Below, piece by piece: positions 12,677-25,749 of a stretch of 64,000 nucleotides of DNA (within the stretch, counting starts at the first letter, position 1; each line of letters begins with the position of its first letter). The notes below the pieces were generated by a model, which saw only the letters and a program-made list of their open reading frames with translations, was not told where the DNA came from and made no database searches. This DNA is from Perkinsus chesapeaki ATCC PRA-425. Its lineage: Eukaryota; Protista; Perkinsozoa. The translations under genes and the position numbers were made by a program. The stretch is from NCBI GenBank assembly GCA_013115145.1, contig JAAPAO010000023.1, positions 1 to 64,000 of the forward strand, read 5' to 3'.

Positions 12677-13256
12677 TTAGTCAATATTTTTGGCTGCACA
12701 ATAACCCATAGCATATTTGAAAGAGCCTATAGCAGCGAAGAGGTAACCGGCTGCTGTGTCTGGTTCCTTAGCGCGAAACTCGCAGAACCTCTTGAGCTTA
12801 CGACTCTCACCGCTCTTGCATTTCTTATCAACCTCATTCATAACCTCAGTGAAGTGACTTGTAGTCTCATCCTTAACACACTTGAGAACGGGCTTAGGAC
12901 TCGCGGTGGGTCTGGGATGCAGGGTGGGTCTGGGATGCCGGGTGGGCCTGGGATTCACCAAAGCTGATGCGTCAAAGCGGAGCGGGGCAGGGTTCTCCGG
13001 ACAAGAACCCACGTAGGTCCTTCCTGATATGGAAGTGAATTATGGTCGAAATTTACAGCAGGAGTTCCATACCGAACCCGACGCAGCGTCCAGCCGACTG
13101 GGGTCTGGCCGAGCGAGGTGGCGTGGCGTAGATAGCCCTCAGTGGCGGTTTATATTCAACTCTGGGTGGTGAGTAATTTGGCGCTAGTGGAGAGAGATAC
13201 ATCCGACAAACAAAGACATCTACTTCGCACAGTACAATATACACAAATAATGACAT
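12677..13256 (-). CDS. small putatively secreted protein with HPRPT repeats and a Cys-containing C-terminal domain
   Basis: Hydrophobic start MSLFVYIVLC at 13256, PRPTRHPRPTLHPRPT repeat (18-nt unit), then KCVKDET..KKCKSG..RFCEF..GYC. Exon structure is uncertain. Confidence 0.5.
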
Positions 13257-13313
13257 CGTTGACGTTTCGTATACACGACAGTAAACCTGGACATGACAGC
13301 TAAACCTCATCTG

Positions 13314-15830
13314 TTATGCACCTTGGTGTTGTCTATGGAGTTGCGCTCTATCCTTCAGCTCGATGGAATCTGTATCGCAGATCAAACAGTCTCTGCACCA
13401 GCAGCTCTTCGGTAGCTCTGGTATATAGCATGTCATGAAGGTTAACTTGCATTGCAACTCAACAATAGCGATCGACTGTAAATGTGTTGTCCATGATAAT
13501 ATTGAATTACGTCTTACTGTCGTTGCAAACACGGAACCTTAGCTCCTTCTCGGCATCGTGAGCAACGACTGCTGCTGCTGCTGCTGCCCGCTGTCTTCGT
13601 AGATTGGTGAGATATTGATATATAGCCAAGGGGCTCATGCCCATGCTCACTTGGTTCACACCATGGCCATGGCCCCCGAAGGGATCAGTGTAATACACAT
13701 TGTCAAGCATAGGTGTTATGGAGTTCCCATCTGTCACATGCGAAGCTTTACCGTGTGCTTGTTGGTGTACCATCACCGCTGGCGGTGGTGGCACTGGTGG
13801 TGGTGGGATGCATGGTACAAGTAACGCAGTTGCTGGAGACCACCTGACAATGACTCTCGGAAACAACAGACTTCCAGTCCTACATGCAGTTCGCTGATGA
13901 ATCTTCACCGGCGTATGTCGATGGATGTGGCAGTGCCGCGCTACACACTGCACTAGCCGAGGATGAAGACTTCTTCGAGGAGGAAGTGCTAGAAAAGACA
14001 ACAAGACCAGCAGCAGTAATGCACCAAGATAATCGCGCCGGCGAGACCCGAGTGCCATTCCCTCCGCGAAAAGGAAAGATAGGATAAAGAGATGTTTTGG
14101 GGTTGAGTGGAGCGCTGCTCTGAGGCACCCAATCTACCCTAATGATGGTGCTTCAACACCGTCACCCCCACCGGGCATGCCTGCTGCTTGAGTTGCTGGA
14201 TCGACTACCTGAGTAGGCACGAGTCGGTCCCCTCAGGCAATAACTTCACCTTATTGGTTTGACTATAAGCAGCCTCCGCCGCCGGCGCGGAGGCGTCCTC
14301 CTGAGTGTGGTTTTCCTTTGTAAGAGGTGTTGGTGCGCATATCAGTCGCACCAATCCTGAAACCGCCAATGATCCTTTTACACAGCTTTTCTATGGGCAA
14401 TATCGATACTCACGTTGTTGGTGCTCCCTCGCAACCTCCCCACCAGGCACATACCAAGCAGCAGCTGCCGCCGGCTGAGGGCCCGGACACCACCAATACC
14501 GCAGCTCAGGAAAGTAGGACGGATATTCCTAAGATGATTACTCGAATACACAGTTGCCCAGTTCTGGCGGCTGCTGCTGCTCACTTACTTCCTCCTGTTC
14601 CGGATCCCCTCTCTCCGATCCGATTCCATACGCCCCACCGCCGCCCGGCGACGAGCTCTGAACCACCGTAGACTCCTCGGTCCCGGGAGCTTCTTATTAC
14701 CTCGGACACAGCTGTGGAGGGTCCACCGGGATGCAGACTAGGGTCCATTACGCCCACCATGACCGCGTCCTCCAATGTAGGGTATACCTGGAAAGGATTG
14801 AAGTGATGAAGTAGATGATAGCAGATGCCACCTCAGCGACTAGCTCGTGCGTCGCGGTAACTTGAGCATCTTTCCGCGGTTTCTCAAATGCACATCGGTG
14901 GTATACGTAAACCTGACCAACTCGCCGGATCTGCTGCCATCTAGACATCGGAACGCTGGCTACCTCAATAGATCGGAACGGCTTGGGTGGTATTATGTAC
15001 GAGCAACCACCGGCGACGCTTATCTCTGTGAGGCAAGTAAAAGGTAGAAGCCGACTCAAGCTACCATCGTGGCCCTCAATTGAAAGACAGTCCAGCAGAA
15101 CAGCGGCTTCCCTGGCAGACACCACCAGTCTAAAAGAAGAGCAATATTGTCGTGTTGCAGTGCTCCACCGTACCTTAGATCTACTCTCCTTCCCCCGTCA
15201 GCATCGAGCATCTCTGATGCTTCCTTTTCTGTAGCCACTCTACACACTATGGTGGGAAATGGCCCTGTGCCGCTGGGGGAGCGACGATAAGCAGCTCCAG
15301 CACTACTAAGTATGGAGCTGCTGTTTGAGCGACCGCTCGGGGTTGAAATGATAACATTCGAGCCACTTTGGCTGGTACGATGACATGACCTGGTCGAGAT
15401 GCATGTTAAATGGAGGACAAGCTTTCTACTTAGATGCAGCTTCTAAATTAGGCCCTGTTGAGATCACTTGTTGATTGCATCCAGCTCGGCTGAAAGGATA
15501 CCACCATGACAAGCCCCGGGGTGCTAGGGATAATGCTAAACGAGGGAGGACCACCAGACAACGCTAACCGAAGCGGCTGCTGCTGACAACCGATCTTAAC
15601 TTTCACTTTGTGACTTCATCTGTATGTCTCTGTGATGAGTCACCACAGCGATGAAAAGCGTAAAACAAGGCAAAAAGGCATCATGACTGATGAAGTTTCG
15701 TCGTCATGGATGACTAAACTTATTGTCCCGATATGTAGGCGAGCCCGTCATAGTCATCTCCCGCTGCAGCGTGGTGGTGGTTGTGAGTTGAGATGGTTGG
15801 ATATAATATACACAAACCAGAGTGAGTGAT
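13314..15830 (-). CDS. multi-exon hypothetical protein, possibly Atg13-like (HORMA domain plus disordered tail)
   Basis: Exons LVVLELLIV / ALLLDWW / AVLLDC...LSRLLPFTCL / GQVYVYHRCAF are followed by Pro/Ser/Ala/Gln low-complexity exons. The Atg13 resemblance is by eye only. Confidence 0.35.
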
Positions 15831-15841
15831 CATCATCGAAC

Positions 15842-16450
15842 TCACTTTCGTCGGTCGTTCAGCCACTTCACACAGGCAGCGGCAGTTTTGAACCTTTTCA
15901 GCCGAGTTACTGGTGCCATCGCTTCAAAATCATACGGCTGACCAAAGACAATGTCCACATTGTAAAGTGAATCCTGACTTACTGGTCGATTGGGCTTGAA
16001 AGCGTTACGATCGATCCACACAACTTGAACTATGGGAACACTACTCGGTCCCAGCGGTGAGGCGGCCAGCCCTCGATGGCTGTCGGATAGAGATATAGTA
16101 GGCTGGCGTATTGGGGGCAGACCGAGATGAGTGTGCATGGCGTGCAAGTGGAGGAATAACTATCAAGGCAACTGCAGTTGCAGATAAGCCTACGGGCGGG
16201 TCCTATTGAGGAGGGAAGAACTTTCGAGGGCACTCCTGTCGGGTTATTTGACTTCATCACGGGCGCGTTTCCCGACGTAATGAATGACATCCGACTGAAG
16301 AAGACTAATAGGCCTTTCACCACTTTACAGCAAGAAACGTCCTCTGTCACCACCGCAATAGGGAAGAAGTAAGCAGAGTAACACGTTTACGGTCATCGAT
16401 GATAAGAGTGTGTCAACTTGGGTGCTGTGACCTCAGGCTGGCGACGATAC
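15842..16450 (-). CDS. hypothetical protein fragment, weakly like an acyltransferase C-terminus
   Basis: Last exon VPIVQVVWIDRN...NVDIVFGQPYDF...KWLNDRRK*. Upstream exons are unresolved. Confidence 0.3.
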
Positions 16451-17399
16451 TCTCTAATATAAGAAGCTGATATACATGGTACTGAGGGTCAATAATAATG
16501 TATTGAGAAAAACAAGCATTCCATCCCGAAGGAGACGAAGGCGAGTTAACCATTCAGTGGTAATTACTTTGCCTTTCCCACAGCCATTAACCACACAACT
16601 GAACGCGATAAATGGGGAGGTATTCACTACTGGTAATCAAACGAGGAGGAGGACGGTACTAGCAGCAGCGTGGCAACGGGAGTAGTATAATACAAATGCA
16701 GTGGCGGCAGCAGCAGCAGTGTGAGATACTATACAGCAGCCGAACAATTTCGATGTTACCGATGACAGTGAGCTGCAATTCCTCGAAGTGTATTGAAGTA
16801 ATGGAAAACAAACTTGTAAATCACTATTATCATCATCAGTCTCAAAGTCGTTACAGTGTCGAGAGCAGCAGCGATTTCATATTATTAGTAGGTGATAGTG
16901 GCGGCGGCGGCGGAGCAAAGCAGCAGCAACAAGAACATAACTCCTGTATGCTCATTCTTCCTTATCAAGGCCTAAGCAGCAACACCCTGGGTTGAGCGAC
17001 AGTAGAGGAGGGATGCATAGCAACGCATATCCAAGTCAGGACGATCTAGTATAGCTTATAAAGAACAAGTAAGTGGCCGCCCCGCGGGGCAGAAATACAA
17101 AACTGAGAAATCTGATGGGAGAAAGTTTTCTGGACTACCGGCTCCACTGGCCAGCCTTCCAGGGCTGATAATTGCGAGGGAAGAAGTGAAGATTCAGCTG
17201 CTGAAACGAAGCTCCGCATTTTCTGAGTTCCGGGCATTCATCGAGGAAGTCGAGACTTCCGACTCGTTAAACCTTCGACGGCTCACTAGTTCCCCGCCGT
17301 TTCTCAGATAAAGGACAGAAGAACAGTGTGGTGTAGTTGTACCACTGAATCGAACAGCAGTTACAGTCCGATTTATGATCTTAACCGTGCCTCCGAGGC

Positions 17400-20399
17400 A
17401 GTAAAGCGTTACTAGGGGCACCGTTCTGAAGTTTGTGCCATGTTAGAAGCGAGAAAAAAGGGATGCGTTCTTCTTGGAATTTTATCATATCATAAATGAA
17501 AAAGTAAACCACTAGAAGTTGGTAAAGTGTGGTCATTAATGCTGTAAACGAGTACTTACCGGGCCTAACCCCTCCAGGGAGGAAGCTAGAGTTAAGCGTC
17601 GACACTTGGAAGTAGTCTCCCCTTGTCAGGAACATACTGGTCATCCAAGCAAAGACCGCGTACTTGATACCAAACCATCCAATGAGCATCACCTAACACA
17701 GAGAGCAGCAGGGATAGCGATGCCATTACTAGCGGTATTGCTAGGTACCTTTTGGCGGTAGTAGGGAGCAAAGAGACCGGTTATTATGAAGAGAACTGGA
17801 TAAGAGAAGAAGTAGAGCATTCCCAGACCAGCAAACTTGGCAAGAAAATACCGAAGCTTCATACCTGAGGGAAGGCAACGAGAGACCATATTAATATAGA
17901 GATATCGACAACAGTTGCTCAATGCGTTAATTCGGTAATACAGAGTCGGCATATGATGATTGGCGGTATATCTTCGGCAAGTAGGAGGTTTCAGAAGATT
18001 TTGTGGTTGTTACAAAAAGTCGAATCTACGAGTCAATTTGCAAATGTTAAGCTCGACGGAGGGTGTCTAAAAGATATGTCATCATCATGGGGTAGGCCAT
18101 TTCAGAGTGGCAGTAGAAGGCAGACCGACGGTAGGCAATTGAGATGGATTAGGCGGTATAGACGAGCACCAGATTGCTGGAGCAAAAGCTGGCAACGAGC
18201 ACCGCTAGTTGTGAAGAATCCATTACTAGAGCCTTGATTGTCCATCAAAGGGCGGTGAGAAAGCAGCCCTGAGATGATTCAGGGCGAGTAGTAGCCGCTG
18301 GGAGCTAAAACATTATTAACGTAGACAAGCACAGTACCACCAAACGCGGCGTGACGGCGGCCAAGCGTAACGTCGTACTGCACCCCAAAGAGATCCGAGT
18401 TTTCTATTGCGAGTTTCATAATAAGACCTACCAGCTTCCTTCCTGGTCTCATTAACAGCCCATAAGAACCATGCCGCTAGTAGTAGACGAATAACCACTA
18501 ATATATACCCAACCACACCTGTTTAACACAGTTGACTTACAACACTTTATGTACTCCTTTTACCTTCATTTTCATAGAATTTATACGAGGCGTCATCCTT
18601 GATCTTACCAAACCCGACCAGCAACACATGAACAACCTAATAAACGTTAATAGTCACATCCACCACACCTACGACTGGTTTTCAAACACCCAGATTGGAT
18701 ACCTGCAGCGCTTGCAGAATTGAATAGCAAAATGTGTAAGATTGCTGCCAAGTGAAAAGCTTGGAAAATTTGCGCATTGTTGCCTATACCGCAGGAAGAT
18801 CGGGGCGCATGCCATGCTGGAAGCTTACTGACTAAATCAAGTGGTATGCTTAGGTCCTGGACTAGTGCCGCAGTGAATCACAATTATCATTTATATCACT
18901 GGTAGTGATTTACATGACCAAGGCACCACTACTACGTTAAAAACTAATAAACGGGAAGTGCTAAGTTGATGTGGAGGGGAATGGCCCAAAGGCCAGATTA
19001 TGGTGGTATGGGTGATAGGGATAAATTATATATATAACACACGTAACACTATATAATTCATCCTGTGGGAAGTGCCGAAAGGAAAGTGAAGTGAGCTAGA
19101 GTCCAGGGCAGTGTTTGTATGGATACGATTATCCCCATTTATAGCGATTAGTAATGACCGAATGCTTACCCCGATGATGAAGACTATTGGTATGACGACA
19201 TCAAGGTCTCCCAACTTGCTGTGTAATAACGTATAGCCGAGAGCTATAAGAATCAGCAACGACGACACTGAAGCAATGATAATGGAACAAATTGAGGGGT
19301 TGAGAGGTCTTACATAACACTTCAACAAGCATGCCACATATCTCCGAGAGGACATCTAGAGGCTTCACACCGTAACCGTTATTAGCATAGTTATGCAGAT
19401 GAATAAGCTCGAACACAGTGCTACACAGCTGAAGAAGGGAATGCAGAGTAAGAGGGCGGGCACAGGAGAGATAAACCTACCTGGAGGGCAATTGCGCAGG
19501 CAAGGGTGATGACAACTGGATGAAGATGGTCAGCCGACTTTACGAACTTGCGGCATTCCTTGGCGAAGAACCATGTGAATAGAACTGGGGGAAATTTGGT
19601 AGGAAATATAGATGACAGTTTTACTGGAAATAATAAGTTGAACCCATACGATTCCACGAGTGCCTCGCAGCTCGGCTGAAAACTCCGAGCCATCCTGTTG
19701 ATGTGCAATGAATTCGAACCTATTAGACGGACAGCTAGAGGTGTCAGAAAAGGAATAGACATTACTTAATCCTGGTGGTCGACTTCAATTGCTCACCACA
19801 ATCCAACACTGCAAAATACCATACATGGGGCCGCACAGTCTGGGACAATTCTCCCTACAAAAAGATTGTCCCATAAATTCGGGCAGCATATCCTTACCGA
19901 CACCCAGCCACTCCATTCTCCGTTGGCGGGAAGCTCTATAAATCGGGAAGTCTTGCGAAACCGACTTCGTTCGCAATAGTCAGCCTTTTCTACCGCATCC
20001 CAATCGTTATCAAGGTACCTATATAATATACATTACTGCTGTTGTGAGCAGCAGCAGTGTAGAGACGGTACACTTCCACTGGGATTTTAACAGGTTCGGT
20101 CAAGTGTGGTCTCACAGTACGCATCCTGACGCGCCAGTAACCAGTACCTGAGCTGAGTAAGTGAGGGGATGATGAAAGATACAAAATAGGTTACCTATGT
20201 CGTATCCAAACTTGGAAAGATATTTCCACCTATGCATTTCTCTGGGGCCGCCAAGCATAACTGTCGATGAGGCGTACTTTCCCTCAACCACCGAGGACGG
20301 CAGTACTAATAAGAGTACGCACAATACAAGTGATAGTAAACGACAATTCCGGCCCATCAAACTATAAGCAACTGAAAGATACTTATCGAGGTTGACCAT
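17400..20399 (-). CDS. GPR180/TMEM145 (intimal-thickness-related receptor) family 7TM protein
   Basis: Signal peptide, WKYLSKFGYDIG, ELIHLHNYANNGYGVKPLDVLSEI, LLILIALGYTL, GYILVVIRLLLAAWF, FLAKFAGLGMLYFFSYPV and GDYFQVSTLNSSFLP are typical of this family. The 3' end is approximate. Confidence 0.8.
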
Positions 20400-20944
20400 G
20401 CAAGATACAAGGAAAGTCGATTAGCAGGCCATCTTTCCTGTATATCCATGGCACTTTCTCTAGCCATTCTGTGTCGGATCGTTTCCGTGTTGAAGTCACT
20501 TAATTTCCTATCCCAATAGTTTTTAATTCGACCCTATCCAGATTCGTATCCTCTTCCATCCCCTGCATTCATCAGGAACTAATTAATAACTCACTTCACA
20601 TCCATTTGGCATGGGTAGTCGTTTGTAGTTGACAGCATGGCATTATGGGCGTTTTTACCCAGTTAACACTGAGCGATTATACACACTTACAATCGTTCAT
20701 GGAATTTTCGTACTCTTCTGTTGGCGGTCACAGTCGTGGAGCGGATGGGAAAGGGACTAGCAGGAGAGAACGGTTATCTGCGTGGAAGGGTATCTTGAGG
20801 TTGCGGTGGGAAGATCCGGAATAGGTTAATTGCAGTGACATTTTGTGTTTTGTCCCTTTTGCTGGAACTAAGGGGACTACTGCTCCTCCACTTTGAACTT
20901 GAAGACCTTACTACCGTCACTTAAACTAACCGTCGTAACCCATC

Positions 20945-21947
20945 ATGAATATTTTTCGGTTTTGCGGGGATATGCTTCACTTGACGAGCATCCTATTGCT
21001 CGTGTTGAAGCTGCAGAAATCGAAGAGCTGCGTTGGTAAGTTAACCGCTGATCTTCCCAGAGGTCATTGAATCAACCTCAGGAATATCTTGTAAGATGCA
21101 AGAGATGTATGCTATGGTATTCATATTCCGTTATATGGATCTTTTATGGCTCTATGTGAGCCTATACAACACCGGTACTGCCCCCCCCGCCGGATTGCTA
21201 AAATGACTTCGTCGTTTTTTCAGTGATGAAGTTGGTCTTTATCACCTTGACGGTGTACCTGGTTTACACCATGAAATTCAAAAGGGGACCTGTTAAACAA
21301 ACTTATGACGCCGCTGCAGATAACTTCAACTATGCCACGTAATACCCTCCTCCCTCTCCCCCGCATTCCTGCCTTCAGATGGCTCTTGCCTCCGTGCTTT
21401 GTCCTGACCATGTTCACCACAGCCGACTACTCCATTGCTGAGGTAGTCAGTCATTACTTTGATTAGGTATACTTGCTAAACTCTTAGATATTATGGACCA
21501 TGTCGATCTGGATGGAATCGGTGGCAATCCTCCCGCAGTTGTCGCTTCTCCAACGCCAGAGAGAGGTACTACTCAAATCCGACTTTAAGGATTCTCTCCT
21601 GCGAACTGAGTGAGTGTCCGTATTCATTTTAGGTTGAAAATCTGACCAGCAATTTCGTCTTTGCAATGGGAGCCTACAGAGCCTTCTACATTCTCAACTG
21701 GGTAGGCCAGCAGCTAAACGGCAGCTCTTCCTTCTAGTAGCTCACAACACTCTAGGTTTACCGTTACTTCACTGAGGGGTATGTGAATTGGATTGGCTGG
21801 ATTGGTGGCGCCATTCAGGTGGCACTGTACTGTGATTTTTTCTATTATTACGCTATGAGGTGAGACTTACGGTGCTGCAGTGTCTCTGAAATGTCGCGTG
21901 TCAGCAAATGGTATGGTCAAAAGCTCATACTGCCTATGGCGGAGTAA
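20945..21947 (+). CDS. ERD2: ER lumen protein-retaining (KDEL/HDEL) receptor
   Basis: [31 protein letters not shown]...[12 protein letters not shown]...[16 protein letters not shown]...YRAFYILNW...[23 protein letters not shown]. Confidence 0.95.
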
Positions 21948-22329
21948 TGAGGATGATTAGTGCGGCGGCATAGTTATTGGTGAGTGAATTGGCGGCGGAG
22001 GCGCTTCGGTAGATATTATTTCAGCTCATTTTTATCGCACAGCAGCCAGCTAGAGGTGTCAGAATAATCTCACGGTTTGAGAAATGACCAGTGTTTCGTT
22101 GGCGATGATGATGCGGTATAGGATGACATCTGGTACTGCAGCCCATTTATATCATACTCATTTCCTCCCTGAAGTTGTGTTAAAGTTATCAATACTACTT
22201 TGAATAAGTTAATTGGAAATATGGACGCGAGGTCGGAGTCGGGCGAACAGAGTCAAACCGATGACGACGATTCGGCAACTTTGGATGTAGGACGGTGACG
22301 TCGATGTTGCGGTATCGACGGGCTTTAGG

Positions 22330-25300
22330 AATACCATTATTATGACGATTGTGATGTTGATGATGATGACATTGGTGAATTCGAAACTGATGTGGTCGTC
22401 GATGGCACGCCGGAGCCAGCCCCCCTTGGTGTTGAGGATATGAGGTGGAGCCTTCTAGTGTTAATGTGTGGTGATATATCGCTTGTCGTTATAGTTTTCG
22501 TATGGAGGGAGCATCGCCGTGTAACAGCATAGACATGGCCAGTGAGCAGCTGGAGGTTGGTGATGTTGATGAGGAGGATGTAGGGAGACCGGGACATCAC
22601 ACGCCGACTAGTGACGATGCATTTTCGCTGTGTACTTCCTATCGCCACACTGGAACGTTTATTCGAGTGTCTAGATGGGTAGTGGTACGAGCATCAGATA
22701 CGAGCATTGTCTGCTCACATAACAGAGCCTGTGGAGCCCGCCTCACCAAAGACGCCTCTAGATGGCAATAGTATAGCAGTTACGGCGACACCTTCGAAAG
22801 ATACTCGAGGTTAGTGGAAATAACATCTCACTTGGGCATCAGTGTCATCCATAGCGGTCTCTGTGTGGTGTATGGTATAGGGTGCCTCAATGCAGGCTTG
22901 GATGAACGTCTCCCCCTACGCTCAGCTTCATACATATAGGATAGCGTTTATAAATCGAGCACCATCGTAGTAAATGTGGTGATGAATCATTGAATATAGA
23001 GGGCTGGTTATAACTCAGAAGGTGGCTAATCATTAAACCATCGCAGCAGCTCTTGCTGCTCGATAGCTCTAATCGCTCGACACCTGGTGATGAATTAAGT
23101 GGCCGCCGCCCGAAATAGCGTCAATCTGGCTTTTGTTAGTTGCCCGCTCCCCCCTATGGACGGTATTATACTTGTAGGTAGTGGCTCCTCTACAACGCCG
23201 TTGACTGGTGCGAAGTCTCTTAAAGGCTCGGCAGTGAAGCAACCCACAGCGACTGCGGAAAACATCTTAGCAGCTAAGGACGATAATTCGATATCTGGTA
23301 GGGATGGGGGCCTTCGTGGCGATGTGTTCGTCCAACTGGGGTTCGGTTCAGCTAGAATATCTTGTGCCAACTACTGCGTTATGGCGGCTGCGGACTTGGT
23401 AAGGATATCTAGGAGCAAGGTACGGCTTTTGATGGCGGGGGAGGGAGGCTGGTGATGATGATGAGGGGCCTCAGGCAGCTCGGGTGACGGAGCTATTGAA
23501 TGTGACAGTTGATGATGCATTTGCACTGCTGAAGGAATTTAAGTGGGATGAGGTGGCATTGCAGGAAGTAATAGAGGGACAATGCTTTACTGCTACGAAA
23601 ATACTGCCGTTTAAAAGTGTCAAATATTGATTCGTGGTATGGCAATACAAAACCGGAGGACGTGCGTTCCAGGAACTGTATAGAATTGTACACTGTGATC
23701 GATTCTAACAGCCTTCGTAGAAAGCTGGTTGCTCATTCACGCACCGGCAGTCACGGATGCCCCTACTTCCGTTACCTCTACAGTTTCGTTGGTACCGGGT
23801 CCCAGTGGAGAAAAGCCCTCTTCTGAGGGATACAGCAGGAATCCGGAACTACCCGATATCAATTCCAGAAAATTACTTCCCGCGATGTCTGCGTTCCAAT
23901 CACTTGTAACACCGCTGTATATCAGCTGGAGTGCGAGAAATCACAGTCTGGCTTTTAGTAGAGTATTTTATTCCGACTCAGCGCGCCCCAATGGTCCATC
24001 TCATCTCAGGCATGGTTTTCTGAAGGTCGGGGTGAAGAGTGGGTGCGAGAGAGATGTGGGGTGTTTAAATCCAAAGGCCCCTCTTCTCGACCCTCCGATA
24101 GTAAGCTGCATCATCGTTGCATTCGCTGTGCTAGAGGAAATATTAACTATGCGATTGTATCATCGTCGAGCTGGAGTACGGTCTGTTATAGCTTACCATA
24201 TCCACAGTCTCTAGCTTTTGCTCGTCTACCTACTCACATTCACTGCTTCGCTGGCCTGTGTGGATCGGCGGCGAGGCGGGAGGATCAACTGCCCGTGTAA
24301 AAAAATAGCGAATCGATTCAGCCAGGGAACAGCGTGCCCTTGAAAGAACAGAAGCTGCTTTACCTTTTTAACGACAGCTCAACGTCGGTGCTGCTGGTTT
24401 TGGTCATTGACCCTTCTCATCAGGTAGTGTTGTTACTTGCAAAGTTTGCTATTGTGACGAGCCAATAATGGTAGGGTGATAGGTGAAGTGGTGTATAGCA
24501 CCGTCCTGCTTCTTTCTTAGAACTGCGTAGTGCTGGAGGGATGTCCGATAGACCATGCAGTTTGCAGGGAGTGCTTCGCGCAATACATTCACACTAAACT
24601 CAGTGAGTCTGTGCTGCTGGGCTGTTGTGTAATTTCGTGGCGCGTGACTTCGGACGTCAAGTTGACCGGGGGTCATTATTGAAATAGATAAGACACAATT
24701 GGAACTAGCTTAACACCGTTGCCGCGGATACAGATCGCATAATGCCTTTAAGGGTTTGGGGTAGTCGGTTGGTCCGGGCTCATTCTGGACTGGAGCAAGG
24801 CGGGCATGGGGGGGATATGGACTGGTCTCGTTCGGGTTCGAGTCTTTAGCCATTCCACTTACACTACTACTGGCTAGTAGTAGTGGTATTATTACTGACA
24901 GTTACTACTAGTAACGCATTCCCTTTCGAAGTTCCGACTATATCCGCTCACTACTAGCCTATTTTAACGAATGTGAATCCACCTGTATGGTCTCCCATTA
25001 TTAGATGATGTGGGTCGAGGTTCCCCCGATTCCCGATGTGTGATGCACAAGTGCGGAAGGCGTGGTAGGAGGGTTCATATTAGCAGCCCTATACAGCGAG
25101 CTTACCTTAGTTCCAAAATCACAGTTCTTGCGGTTCCTGGATTCGTCGGAGGACCGCCTTAAGTACATTCGTTTTTATTATGATTTTTTGTAAGTCGCTA
25201 TCTGCATCGGCCGCTGCCATCGAATACTACCTGCTGCTGTTGCTCAGTTTCATTACGGCCAACCCGGCCACTCTTTGGTGTCCGAACCCCATGGGTAGTG

Positions 25301-25500
25301 CGCCTGCTGTAACTGCTGTGTTAGTGTCCGTTATGCAGGCGGATGCGGAAGGGCGGTTTTGAAGTTTCCGCATCCAGGGGATGTTCATAGAGGAGGACGA
25401 CGGGGCAGCTCGATAGCCGTGGAGTCCGATACTGTGGTGTGCGATTGTGGGTAAGGATGGTCCGTGAGAGATCTAACCTTGACAGCATTAGGGCCATGTG
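22330..25500 (-). CDS. multi-exon hypothetical protein
   Basis: Several protein-like open exons on the minus strand (LIYSGVTSDWNADIAGSNFLELISG; FLERTSSGFVLPYHESIFDTFKRQYF; LTEFSVNVLREALPANCMVY; GETFIQACIEAPY). No family recognised. Confidence 0.4.
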
Positions 25501-25749
25501 CACCGCTGTAACGGTGATGCTCTGTTATTTTACTAGTAATACGTCCTGGCTTCCCATGTAGCGCTCGATGGGTGAGGCAGATCGCCGTAAGGGGCAGGAG
25601 TAGACCAGGCGCGAAAGGTCGCTAGGACTGAGCTTATTCTCGTCTTTTTAGGCTTCTGTCACGCGACCTTCTCTCGGTTTATAACTTTGCTGTTTTGCGG
25701 GTTTTCCGAGCTCAGTCTGATTTGGGCGCCAATGAGTTTATGTTCCATC

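Noticed and set aside
16178-16372. Plus-strand FEGT..GAF motif resembling an acyltransferase
   Set aside because: Isolated, with no HxxxxD motif, and opposite to the likelier minus-strand exon.
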